Source: Paecilomyces variotii
Taxonomy: Eukaryota
Length of the DNA: 64,000 bases
Direction: 5' to 3' (one strand)
NCBI GenBank assembly: GCA_004022145.1
Contig: RCNU01000001.1
Positions 1-12,129 of the stretch are shown here, piece by piece; position 1 is the first letter of the stretch, and each line of letters opens with the position of its first letter. A program made the position numbers and the translations under genes. The notes beneath the pieces were generated by a model that worked only from the letters and a program-made list of their open reading frames with translations, was not told where the DNA came from and ran no database searches.

Positions 1-2447
1 TTCCACCAGAGGTCAGAAAGACCGGTGAGGACTCTGTTCCTGGCATCGGAAGATCACATCCCAGCATAGGTCTTTCATCGGCAGGTTCAGATCCCTTGCG
101 TGGCTGTGGTATAGGTTGTTTATCTCCAGAGGCGGTATTGTCAGGCATGTCTGCTTTTCTTATGTTTTCTTTTGCCACCAGCCCTTTCCAACTCCAACTT
201 CGAGGCGTGCTAGTAGCTGATCTCAGAAATCTTATGCCCTGGTACCTTTCTCGCAAGGAGGTGGAAGAGCGTGATGGCAGGAACTCAAATGTGTTACGTC
301 GCCTGGATAGTTCGCCGGCTGCAGGTGTTGCAAAGGTGGTCTCAACCTCGGACGTTGAGAGGCTTAATCTATGTTGTCTGGAAGTCTGTGAGCGCGCCGA
401 CAGCCCGCTTTTATCCCCCTTATCTCCGGATAGCACTGAAGTAACTCGAGGAACGTCATCGTCGTTCGGCGTGTCACGCTGGCATGGAGGGTCAGGTGAA
501 ACAGGTGTATTCATAGATAGAACCTGTTGTGTAACTGTAGTCTCTTTGCATCCTTGCTTCGCGAATCCTTCTCTTCGAGAAACATCAGGTATCCCGGTGT
601 GTTCAGCATCAGCAGCAGCAGCAGCAGCATCAGTGGTGCCTGGTGAATCTGGCTTATAGAAGAAAACGGAGGGACCGGGAAGTTGCGAAGGGGGGTTGTC
701 CATCATACTTGCAGTAGAAGAACGTATGTCGCTGTTGTCCCGAGGTTCTAGATGCGTTGACACCAGACCACTTTGCGTACCTGATGGGTCGTTCAAAGGG
801 TCGGTAGGTCCGGATGTATTCGCCACCAGAGCGTGTCCAATATCGAGACTACCGGCAGGAGTACTCTCGGAGTCAAAACGTTTATCATCGGTGACAGCTC
901 CCATGCTCCCCTGGGCATTAGTCTCCTTATCTGTCTGAAAGTTTCTAGTTTGCCATATCCCTCCGCGGAATGGACAAGAACTAGTGTCGAAGAACGGTAT
1001 ATCCTCCCAGAAAGGAAGTACAATGGTCTCGGAGATGACTTCTCTTATCCTGTTCTCAATGGCGCGAAGAACGACTCCGTAGGTGATTTGTCTTGTGCCA
1101 AATATTGGCTCAATAGACATTATCACCGTTGGCATCGTTTCGAATGCAAACCAGATGCGATTACTCGGGGGTGGTTTCAGCCTCAGAAGGCAGTGACCAT
1201 CGACACGGTTAAGTACTACCGCGAGAACGAGGTCGACTTCTCTTGACTTGAATCTAGTGCCCAAGTCAATGTGAACGGTTGCTGATACTTCTAAGCGGAA
1301 ATTGCCCGTGTAGCTAAAGTCCACTCCCACGATACAATCCCCGTCCAAGGTCAGCTCTCGCAGCCTTGGATTATTGATGAACGGAGCTCCATCTCCCATA
1401 TTCACTTTCCTTACGGCAAGCTTTGTGATGAAATTAGGAGTCTTGGCTCGCGAGATCTTCTTGGCTATCTTCCTCTTCACTGATTCCTCCATTTCTGGCG
1501 TTCTATATAACGCAAGGAATAGTCTTCCCAAAATGGCATTAATCCAGCGCGTTGATTGCTGTTCCTCTGACGAATATAGACGCTGAAGTAGATCGATGAT
1601 ATGCCTAGCGTCATAGCTCAGATACGAAGGCGAGAGGCCTGCTGAACCTGGCATCTTTTCTTTGTTCCTCAGCATGGCAAAATAGAGGTCCTCTTTTTCC
1701 GAGAGATTCTCCGAGAAAATGTAGAATGGGCGCGATGGCGTGTGCGAAGCCGATGTGGGATCAGGCCTGCGAGTCAGACGTATTGCATTTCTCTTCGCCC
1801 AAAGCTCCTCCTCAGGTATATCCGCTCCACCGGAATAGATACTGACATTATGATGAGCCAGAGATATGATATATCGAACATCTATCTGCTGGGTATCGTC
1901 ATAAAGCATAAGATGGCCGTGCCTGTTCAAATATGAATATTGTCTCTGATCGGCGGGATGGTAGCTGCACTCACCTCAAGACGACGAAGAACAAGTCGTT
2001 TGCCCTCTTCTCGATTTTGTCTGTGGTCTTCGCCCGTTTCAAATTCGAGTTCTGACTCCGACTGAAGAGAGTACTGTACATTGTCTGATAAACACTCGCA
2101 CTTTCTGCGGCTGTTGGCTCTCCTGCGGGCGCTGGCCGCACGGGGGCCTTTGCATTGAACCAAGTGGGTGTGTACTCTCGACACACAGTAAAGTATCCAG
2201 CAGCAACATCAGATTCATGAGACCGTCGAAACTTCTCCTCCAGGCTGTCAGTAACAGTCCTCAGACTGTTTTCGTCGTCCCCGGGGAACTCCAGGCCATC
2301 GTTTCTCCGGTCATTCGCATCCTGTGTCGACTGTGCTGGGCATGGGAGCGTAAGATATGCGTGTAGAGCAATCAAAGCAAAAAGGAGTGGTATAAAGGTA
2401 AGTCCGCCAAGGAGATATACGAAAAGAAAGCTGCTAAGCGAACCCAT
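1..2447 (-). CDS. NVJ2: TM-PH-SMP membrane-contact-site lipid transfer protein (Nvj2/TEX2-like); 3' end appears to run off the window
   Basis: ATG 2447 with N-terminal TM (FLFVYLLGGLTFIPLL). Intron 1974-1923 (GTGAGT..CAG) joins FFVVLR|HGHLMLYDD (PH domain). SMP-like segment follows (RWINAILGRLFLALY...KPPPSNRIWFAFETMP). Exon 2 is absent from the ORF track, consistent with no stop before position 1. Confidence 0.88.
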
Positions 2448-3215
2448 GGAGGGCCATCTACTGCGTGACGCAGATCATTGGAACCTCGACGAGTGCTCCA
2501 TGGGCAGTTGCGGTGTGTGGCAGTGAAAGAACGTGACAATACGGTCTCAATCCAACATACAGAGAAGAAGATACGCATGTGCGTTGGTCACAGAAAAGAG
2601 ATCATAGCCTAGCGGTCTATCTATTAATAAGGCGGTATCTCCAAAGGGTCGCTGCTATCCAGAATGTCTCCATATCGTAACATGACGATGGTTCGCCGAT
2701 CATCTCTCTCCATGGAACAACATTGTTCCGCCTTCCGAAGACGACAACAACAAAAGCCTCAAGAAGGCGTTCAATAATGGACCTCGATGCGTATTTGCCT
2801 TTTTACACGAGTAAAGGGCTCATTATAATTCACTCTGTGATACTATTGCTCTTACAATTATACTAAAAGAGGGTTGTTCTATACTCATTGCCTCTCAAGT
2901 CTTTGAAGGCCATCCTTCGCATCATAACTTCATAGCCAGTGCAAGGATCCCCCATATCGCCATTCAAATCAAATTATGTGCACACTCATGGAAGGGATCA
3001 GTAAGCAATCTCAGGCCCATCTTAATGCGCAGAGTCATGCCACATGAAGTAGCAAAGGCTCTGCCAATCGTGGCAAAAGTGAGTTTCATGGCACCACGTT
3101 GGGCCTTGTTTTTCTATGTAGCTAACCGGGAGAAGTCATTAAGCTCGTTAAATATAACCAACCGCCCGACATGACCATGCATGGGTTGAATGTCCATTAT
3201 GAGCATGTCTGTAAC

Positions 3216-4664
3216 CTACCGAGAGCGAACGCTACCTTCTCTAGGCAGCCCACGGTCTCCCCCACCCCCTAGTCGCCACAGCCAGACACCTTCAAGGGCC
3301 CATGCCTTGGCGCTAGCATGCCTTCCAATACCTCCATTGCTGCTAAGCCCCTTGTCCGTTGCTCCCGAGCCAGACTCGCACCCATCGGCCTCGGTGAGCA
3401 TACCAGCTACGACAGCCTCCTTCTCTATGACATCCCACAATCCCTCAACAAGGGTGCTGCCCCTCTCACCAAACTCGCCCTTGCCTAACCTGAACAGAAT
3501 ACGTCCGATAACTTGCCAGGCAATACAGCGCTGCGCAGGGACGGTGGAGCGACTGAGGATCCCAAGTTCTGGTATCGTGTAACCTGCTGCTTGAGGATCC
3601 AAAGAATGGTGGTGTAGCCCCAGAGACGTTGGAAGAGACAAGGATGTGGATGGGGAGAGGACAGTTCCTAGCAGGGAGAATCGAAGAGCGGAAGGGGAAA
3701 CTGACGTTGCGGTACTGGCAGGGTGATAGGCAGAAGCAGCCTCCGGATCCTCGGGATCCATCGACGGAGGCTGCATCCAGGAGAGCGCTGAAGGATCGTG
3801 AGGGGTATCAGGGAAATAGTGAGATTGGAGATCGGCGAGGAAGGATGGAGAAGACGGGTCGAGGTTCGGCATTGGGCTTTGGCGTGGCGGCGGAGCGGGA
3901 AAATGGATATTCACAGACGGCAACTCAGATGCAGCATGCAAGTCGTCTGGCAGACGTGGAGGCGGCAAGTCTTCGTTTAAGGTACCATCCTTCACAGCAG
4001 ACGGTGATCCATCGAAACCTGACGACGTAGATGGCCTCGGAGGCAGAAATTCTGTAGAGGATTCTTCTGTAGGTTTCCTGGAAGCGTCAGAGCCACTAAG
4101 CTCCGCCGATCTAGAGGGATGCCCCGATATCTCCAGCCCTTTCTCTGGATGCAGCTTGTCGGTAGCGGTCAGTTCACGAGGGGCATCTTCAGCAGCCGAT
4201 TGTTCATCGAGATTCGCCCTTTTGAGTAGCCTTTCAATGAGCGAGGGGCTAAGCCCTGAGAGAAGCTCTGAGCGTTCCTTTTCAATTTGCGCGGGGCTCA
4301 TGGACGCCAACTTCCGTCTATTCTCCTCATCAATCGACCTCTTTTCCTCAGCTATCGAAGAGCGATCAGTATGTGTTGTCTTCAACTCGCCATCACCAAC
4401 AGGCCGTGCTGAACCCTGACTAGCCACATCAGCCTGTGCAGTCATCCTCTGTTTGAACGCAGATGGCTTCGTGCGCCTCCTATGGGCAGGAAACCCATTG
4501 GAGGCTGATGGGGGTTTAGGCGCTGGCGGTGCGGCAGTAGGCGTACGCTCCATGATGTCGCCGATAAGATCGAGCGATGGCCCGGCCGGGGGCTGAACGA
4601 CGGCAGGATCGCCATCTCCATCATCAGGGAGGTCGATGACGAAACGTTCGCCGCGAAACGCCAT
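3216..4664 (-). CDS. RBA50: RNA polymerase II assembly factor Rba50/RPAP1 (482 aa, single exon)
   Basis: RPAP1_N motif SIDEENRRKLASMSPAQIEKERSELL and RPAP1_C motif GLHHHSLDPQAAGYTIPELGILSRSTVPAQRCIA. Likely start is ATG 4664 (MAFRGERF); the upstream ORF-track extension is low complexity. Confidence 0.9.
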   Translation of the reverse strand: MAFRGERFVIDLPDDGDGDPAVVQPPAGPSLDLIGDIMERTPTAAPPAPKPPSASNGFPAHRRRTKPSAFKQRMTAQADVASQGSARPVGDGELKTTHTDRSSIAEEKRSIDEENRRKLASMSPAQIEKERSELLSGLSPSLIERLLKRANLDEQSAAEDAPRELTATDKLHPEKGLEISGHPSRSAELSGSDASRKPTEESSTEFLPPRPSTSSGFDGSPSAVKDGTLNEDLPPPRLPDDLHAASELPSVNIHFPAPPPRQSPMPNLDPSSPSFLADLQSHYFPDTPHDPSALSWMQPPSMDPEDPEAASAYHPASTATSVSPSALRFSLLGTVLSPSTSLSLPTSLGLHHHSLDPQAAGYTIPELGILSRSTVPAQRCIAWQVIGRILFRLGKGEFGERGSTLVEGLWDVIEKEAVVAGMLTEADGCESGSGATDKGLSSNGGIGRHASAKAWALEGVWLWRLGGGGDRGLPREGSVRSR

Positions 4665-6436
4665 GACGATTTCCCAACTGCAAAGAATGGAAGAAGAAAA
4701 AAGAAGAAGAAGAAAAAAAAAGAAGGATGATGGAAGACGAGAGGAAGATGGGACTTTGAATGGGGCGATGCGGCTCAAAAGACTAAACGTGCATTGCAGT
4801 GCTTTACTAACTTATTTGGGCCTAGTCTGAGAAATCGGTACTAGTCTTATCTTGGACTAGTGGTAACTTCTTAATTCCTCGGTAAGTCAATTACCATATG
4901 GTATATTATTATTTACGAGTACCTAGGTAGAGACATCATTATTCTATATTACCTGATTTCACCTGGCTCGTACGATTTGAAAGTAGCTTTTTGTAGGCAA
5001 CATGAAGACTGCAGTATAGTACCGTGGACATAAGACTAAACAAAAGAAGCAAAGGGGGTTGCAGCCCGCGGGGGAAATCGGGTACCCTCGGCCGTATTAC
5101 GAGTATATCTATAAAGAAGATCACAATGATGATGATAATGGTGGTAGTGGTGGTGAAGATCTTGGGGAATTGGTTCAGCGACGTTAGCCTGCCAGTCAAA
5201 ATAATTACGAATACTTTAGCCTGTACGAAGTCAATGTTACAGGTGGGGTAATGAAGCACGCACTCCATGTTCTCGAGGTGTTAATCAAATGTAACCTAGT
5301 CCATGGCTGGACACTCGACACCTGTTAGGTACCTAAGATAGTGTATCATTCTATAGCCGGCCTGATGACAAGGTGCGTTCTCTGTCATTAAGGATAGGAT
5401 AGATAATACCATAGTAACGAAAGGTCGAGTGGAAATGCAGAGTACCATAGAGCAGTCAACTAAGTGCTCTAACTAACTACCTGTTAGTTAGTTAACTGAG
5501 TGTATCACGTAAGGCCTGCCAGTCAATCCATCATTGGCCGGGAGACTCAAGGGATGAAATACGACAGATCAAGAAATCCAGCAAGACGACACGCAGACTA
5601 GACTAACTACTACTACTACTTGAGACGATGCAGACTTATTATTGTTGGCATAGACAGAAGAACCTGTTAGATGCTGAACAGTCGACTTTCTTGAGCAGAC
5701 AGACGGTCATCAATCAGTTAAGTACATACATAGTACATGACGCCAGAGTATGGAATTCGATTAGATGAGTAGTAACTAGATCATTAGTTAGATCCCGACT
5801 AGCATCACTGCCTACTATGACCTGGAATAACTATCAGCAAGCATCTGCAATGTTTGTCTTTGGTTTGGACGGATAAGATTTTCTGTTCGCCCCCCCTTTG
5901 TCTCATACTTCTTGGACTACCGCCTTTTCCCTTCTTTTCTTGTTCTCGGTTTTCTCTTCCTTTCTTTCTTTCTTACTCTCTTATCTGACTTCCCTCTGGC
6001 TGCTTGTCTCCCAAAAGCCGGTCGCCGTAGCGGTACTCCCGCCGTTTCCCTTTTTCTCTTTTCCCCCTCTCATCCCGGTTTCCCGTCCGTGTCTAATAAA
6101 TACCTACATGCTATACGTATAATCGTCAACTCATTTTTTCCCAGCATTCGCTTTCTCCCCTTTTCCCTCGCCCTCCCCGCCCATTTCGCGATAACCACTT
6201 GGGGACCACGTCAACACCTGCTCTGTCAGCCGTGCGCTCCTACGAACTCAACCCTTGACGTAGAGAAACGAGTGGTAAACGAAATCTGCGATCTGGGCCT
6301 GTTGCACTGCTGTTGACGCGACCGGCAAGGGAGGAGCAGAGCGAGCTGGCCTACTTGACGAGTTGGTCTGCAGGTTGCGGTGACCGTGCTGCTGGGACAT
6401 CGACTCAGTCGATGTGACGGTCTCGAGACTTCCATC

Positions 6437-8715
6437 ATGTCGACGGATCCTCCTGGACCTGCCTTGGCCGCGAAAGAGGAGGAAGAGACGTCTCTTGTGT
6501 CGGCCGACTCTCGTGAAGCGGAGGACGATGCGCCCAAGGCCAGCAGCACCCCGGCGTTGGAAGGCAGAGACACCCGTGCCCGGCGCGCTTCGGCCACGAC
6601 GCCTGCGTCCGCGCGACGAACACGCAGGAAGAAGGACGACGACGACAAGAAAGCAGAGCCAGGGAAGGAATCCAAGCCCAGAAGCCGGCGACCGCGTGAG
6701 AAGTCGACTGCCGCTACGTCCAACTCGAGTTCGCGCAAGAAGCCTAAGCTGGAGCATCCTCCAGACCGGCAGTCGACAGGGCCCGATCTCGTGACTCCAG
6801 CTCCCCCACCCGACGCCCAGCCGCCGCAGCCGCCGCAGCTTTCGTCGCACGCGGAGTCTCCCCAAAGAGGAAATCATGAAGCTATTCCCGACCGTCCGCC
6901 CAATGTTTCCGCTCCCGCTCCCGCTCCTGTTCCCACCTTCGATCCTCCGTCGTATCCCATGGCGCAGTCTCTTCCGCCGCCTCAACCACCGCTGCCACCA
7001 CAGCGCTCGAGTGGACAGAATTATGATCCCATCCGGTCCGCCTTCGAGAATCCTTCTCCCGCTCCCCCTCCGGCCATGACCCCGACTCCCAGTCACACTC
7101 CTGCTATCCCCTCGCATAGTTCCTTCAGTCCTCCTGCCCATACCATGTCGCCTGGGACGGCCTTCAGGGCGAGCGCGTCACCCGCAATCTCCAGCATCAT
7201 CGACCCCCCGGTCCCGGCAGCCTCAGTCCAACAGCAATCGCAACCCATATACCCACAGGTGTCTAAAACGTCCCCCATGCAAAAGCCATCTACTATGCCC
7301 TCTCCACGCACCGCGCATGTCTCTTCGGCGCCATCTTCTCTACCGGTTTCCTCCCCGAACCTAGTCCACCCTCAACAAGAGCAGCAGCACCTCCAGCAAC
7401 AACATCAGTATCAATCTCAACAGCAACCACAGCAGTCATCCCTTCAGAAATCACAGCCGCAGGAATCTCCTTTACTACAGCAACCAGTCACCGTTGATAT
7501 TGAAATGAACGATACTACTCAGTCGGCTGCGTCCAAATTTACAGCGCCGTCTAAAAAAGAGAAGGGGGCATCCAATGGACTACCGTCCAACGCACAGTCG
7601 CCAAAGCCATCACGCACGACCAAAGATGCGCCGCCGCCTCTTCCTCAGGGCTCTGGGCTCATTTCAGGTGCGCTCTTCGGAGTCGACGGTAGTACTGCTG
7701 CCTCAGGTTCACTGAAGACGGCGCCGAATATTATTTTACACATACCCCTACATGGCCAGAGCAATAAGGTGATTAATTTTGCTCGTATGGCCGAAGAACA
7801 GTACGGCTTTGCTGCGCTCCATCCGCGACTCGCGGCCCAGCGTGAGCGTCTGGCGCGCGTTGCGGCCGCCAGTGCTGCGCTAGAGAAAACAGAAAAGGTT
7901 GCCAAGGGTATCTCGGCTGGTGAGAGTGCGGAGGAGGACCTCAGCGTGGACGCTGAGCCAGACAGTGACTTGGATGCTGATGTCTCTATGGAGACGGGTG
8001 TTGGGCTCACAGCAGGGGGAAATACTGCAGGTAGTGAAACAGCCCTCGGTATGACAGCGGACGGCAAGAAGAAGCGCACCCGCAAGAAGAAGATCGAGGA
8101 TTATGATAGGGACGATCCTTTTGTCGACGACAGCGAGCTGGCCTGGCAGGAACATGCCGCGGCAAGCAAGGACGGATTTTTTGTTTACAGTGGGCCTCTC
8201 GTCCCAGAAGGAGAGAAGATTCAAGTGGAAAGGTATTGCGGTTTTTGCGTCTTCCGCCTGTCTAACAAAGTTCTCCTTGCTAACTTAACAACAGAGCCGA
8301 CGGGACAATCAGACGAGGTCGAGGTCGAGGTCGTGGGTCGGGCCGTGGTCGAAGCTCAAGTCATCACCAGCCGCCTCTTGCATCTGCAATACCCATCTCT
8401 CAAGAGACCGGGCTCCCAGTACGAGGGCCGGGGTCTCGTGGCGGCACCACAACCAGGAAGCCTCGCGTCACAAAGGCTGCTCGCATTCAAATGGAGCAGG
8501 AGAAGCAAGAGCGCGAACGGATGGGCCTCGCTGTCTCCCACGAGGGAAGAGGCCGTGGAGGCTACAATCGAGGCGGCGGTTCTAGTAGCCGAGGTGGACG
8601 GGGTGGTTCGAACGCCGCCGCTGGGATGGTTGGTCTTGCTCCTGCACCGGCTCCGGGAACCACGCCTGGGCCACCACCCGCATTTCCTCCGGGGCAAGGG
8701 ATTATCATGAGATGA
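6437..8715 (+). CDS. HPC2: HIR histone-chaperone complex subunit Hpc2/ubinuclein-like (738 aa)
   Basis: Exons 6437-8232 and 8295-8715 (intron GTATTG..GCTAAC..CAG). INFARMAEEQYGF motif and HRD/HUN motif YDRDDPFVDDSEL...DGFFVYSGPL. RG-rich tail after splicing. Confidence 0.88.
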
Positions 8716-9780
8716 GATAACACCCTCATTTGTATACGCTTCTGGAGAAGCCTTTAATACTTGAGTCGCACACCTTTCTTTTTCCACTTGAAACTGAGCG
8801 GTGGGATGATACCCAGGGGTCTGATCCCTGATCCCTATGCCGTTGGGTGTCATGGCGCACCGGAGTTGTTTTTCTTTATCCATGCTGTGGGGTCATTTCA
8901 TCCAAGAGATGCCGCACAGGTTCAGCAGCTGGCAGTAGCCGGTTAGTTGTCCGTGTCGTTTTACATCTGAGCCCACGGATAGAAGGTGCTTGTGTTGCCA
9001 CCATTGTCTCTTTTGTCTCAGTATCACAAAAATGTCTGGATTGCAGTTTGTTATTATAGGTACCTGGCGGAGTTCTGCTGTTAGCATCTGTGTCATTGCG
9101 ATAAAGCCTGCGGTTTATGTTTGATTGGCCATGTGGTTACTACGCAAGGAGACGGGAACGAAAGGGTTCCTCTCTATTAGTGGAACGAGCACTGAATACA
9201 AGATGTTTATATGCTATATGCCCCAACTAGCTATCTAGTGATCTAGAACGAATGTTACTTGGTGGAGCTGGAAAAGTTTTCACTCTCTGGTATAGTAGTT
9301 AACTATCCAAGTTAACTATCATATCATATCATATCATACCTAATTATTATCGATGACATAACCCCTCACCGCCCCGTGATCCTCCGCAGCCAACCAGAAA
9401 GGACCATTTTCCGTCCACCCAAGAGATTATCCTCCTGGTTACCTGATTATTCTCGTTCTTCCCGTCTTTCTCCATCATCCCCTTCAACGATCTCTTTTGA
9501 TTTCATCGCGTCAACAAGGCTCATTCATGTCTCTCCTGATGGAAAGCTGTATCCTTTCTTATTTTCAGAAGATATACGGAGTTACCATACCTGTCGGATA
9601 GCACCGATCATACGTGCCTGTGGTGGTTACTATCAGACAGCACGCAACAACTCGAACGGGTCTCCCTTTTTACCCCTCTTTTTCTTTCTTCTCCGAAATC
9701 CTATTCCTTGAGGCGCACAGTCAACTGCCTCCTTTCTCTCATTGCTGTTCACCTCTCGCGCAGAGGCTCCATATCCCACC

Positions 9781-11310
9781 ATGCATGATCTACGTCGCCA
9801 AGCGCTTTCGAGCGGCAAAACAGTCTCGCGAAAGGCGATGTCTAGAGAAGCCTCCCGTACCACTTCCCGCGCGAGCTCCGCGCATAATTCGCCCTCGTCA
9901 TCTCGCAACGCGAGCAGACAACCATCAGATGACGATGATATCGGCAGCCAAAGTGATGATACTGCCTGGAGGTAGGTTTCCCCAATCGACACTCCTCATC
10001 TATGTTCCTGCGACTTGCAATAAGATGATGTCATCGTCCTCGCGTCAGAGTCTAACGAGTCGGTTTACAGCACCGCCTCCCTGGATGATCTGGCAGATAA
10101 TCCAGACAGTGGTAATGAGCAGTGGGCCGAAGAGCTCGCGGATCGCATTCAGGAGATCCTAGACCGCAAGCGGAGCAGTGTCCAGGGTCGGGAAGAAGCA
10201 TTGTCGGCCTACTGTCGCCTCTTAAAGTACCACTTTGCCGCGGAAGAAATCAGAGGCAACATTTCTGATTTGCTGGCCGCCTTTAGTCGCAGCGTGAAAT
10301 ACGAGTCCAGTGTTCGGGAGACGACTCTTGCGCTCAGAGCTATTGAGTTGCTCACGGTCACTTCTTTGGATGAGACCATCTACGAGAATGTTGAGCCATT
10401 GCTCACGCGCACCATTCGGGACTCAACGTCTAACTCTGTCAAGGCTGCTGCTATACACTGTCTCGGAACATGCACGTTCTTTGGTGGTGCTGGAGAGGAC
10501 GGTCATCTAGAACAGATGACGTTCTTCTTGGATATCGTTGCGTCCGATGGTCAGTCCATCGGTGCCATTGATGATGCAACCAGTGTCACTGCTGCACTTC
10601 AAGAGTGGGGCTTCCTTGCAACAGAGATCGAAGACTTGGAGGAAGAAAGTGAGGAAGCTGTTAGTATCTTCATCGATCAGTTGGGCAGTAGCGAACCAGG
10701 GGTTCAGATCGCCGCCGGAGAGAACATTGCTCTGCTTTACGAGAAGAGCTATACACCGCAGGAGGATGACGATGACGAAGAGGAGGACTCGCAGAGCGAC
10801 TCCGGCCTGCCTTCCAACGACAACAACGACAACGTCGACGAACCGAAACTGGTCAAGCGCTACAATGCCTATCACAACACCCCCGAGCTTGAACGTCAGC
10901 TCCAGTCTTTGGCCTCGGTGTCTAGCAAGCGTATAAACAAAAAGGATAGAAAGAGTCTGCACAATAATTTCACTTCTATCCTCACCACTGTGGAGAACCC
11001 ACGTCGCGGGCCGATGTATAGCACAGCAATCGATCAAGATACGAACCGACATTACGGTAGTAAACGCACCATTAAAATTGGTCGCGAGGGTATTATGAGC
11101 ATCGATCGCTGGTGGAAGTGGATTCGTCTCGCCACGCTTCGCCGTATATTCCAGGGCGGCTTTACTGAACATTACTACCAGGGGAACCGTGCCGTTCTCG
11201 ATAGCTTGCCGGTCATAATGCGGGTCACCACGCAGCTGGAACGTCATAGCACCAAGAGAACTAACAAGGATAGGGGCCGTTTGCGCACGTGGGAAGCTGA
11301 GGAAGAATAA
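9781..11310 (+). CDS. IFRD (interferon-related developmental regulator) domain protein (476 aa)
   Basis: Exons 9781-9971 and 10071-11310 (GTAGGT..CTAAC..CAG). Motifs VTAALQEWGFLAT, VQIAAGENIALLYE and IDRWWKWIRL...GGFTEHY. Confidence 0.88.
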
Positions 11311-12129
11311 TCATAAATCCAGCGGGGCATATGTCGCATACAATTTTACTAAGTGTCTCCCAAGAGGACGCCCTCAAAAGGAAAACCTGCTCAACGCAAT
11401 TTTCTTTCTTTTTCTTTCTTACATTACTTTTCATTTCTCTTTCTTTTTTCTCCACAATTTCACAATACAATGTATTTTTATCGACCACCGTGTTGTAAAG
11501 GCCATGTCATAATATAGGGCTTAGAATTCAGCTGGCCCTGCAGATGATATAGGATGGTTATTATAGCTCTATTGCAGCTGCAGCCCGTGGATTAAATGTG
11601 CTTTATTCCTCTCAAGGCGCTACTTTAACCTACTTTACATTCTTTATATGTTAGATAAGCCGACATGGGAATATGTTTTAACCTTCGTTCTGGCAGATTC
11701 AGCAGTATCACTTCCAGACGAGTGTGATCTTAGCACAATGAATGCAGAAAGTCAGTTGCGGATAATTCAACAACCGGTACTTACTGGAATAGCCGAGCAC
11801 AGGACGACGACGACCTTCCCGATGGACCTACACGATGGCCATGCAGATCCACGGCTGAGATAACTACCGCCAATTCGTACGTGTTCGGCTGTAATGAGGC
11901 CCTGGAGTGAGCTACCCCGTTACCTCCTGAGCTGTTACCCCGGATTCTCCATACCCCGCTATTTAGCTACCTGCGAAGCTCTGGAGGGCCTTCCAGTCTC
12001 ATTCCCTCCCCTCCTTTCAGCCATCGCAGCCACTGTTGGCATCGGTTCAGAGCATCGACAGATCTACGCATTAATTCCGTCGTGAAAACAAGACGAGCTA
12101 CCGGGGCGCTTCCTGGTAACAAGAGTGGC

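Noticed and set aside
96..1246. Plus-strand ORFs 96-659 and 833-1246
   Set aside because: Antisense shadows of NVJ2 exon 2.
6226..7141. Long minus-strand ORFs opposite HPC2; likewise 10507-11247, 14873-15616, 43689-44399, 49595-50272 and 56685-57213 opposite other genes
   Set aside because: Shadow ORFs of GC-rich or low-complexity real genes; no recognisable domains.
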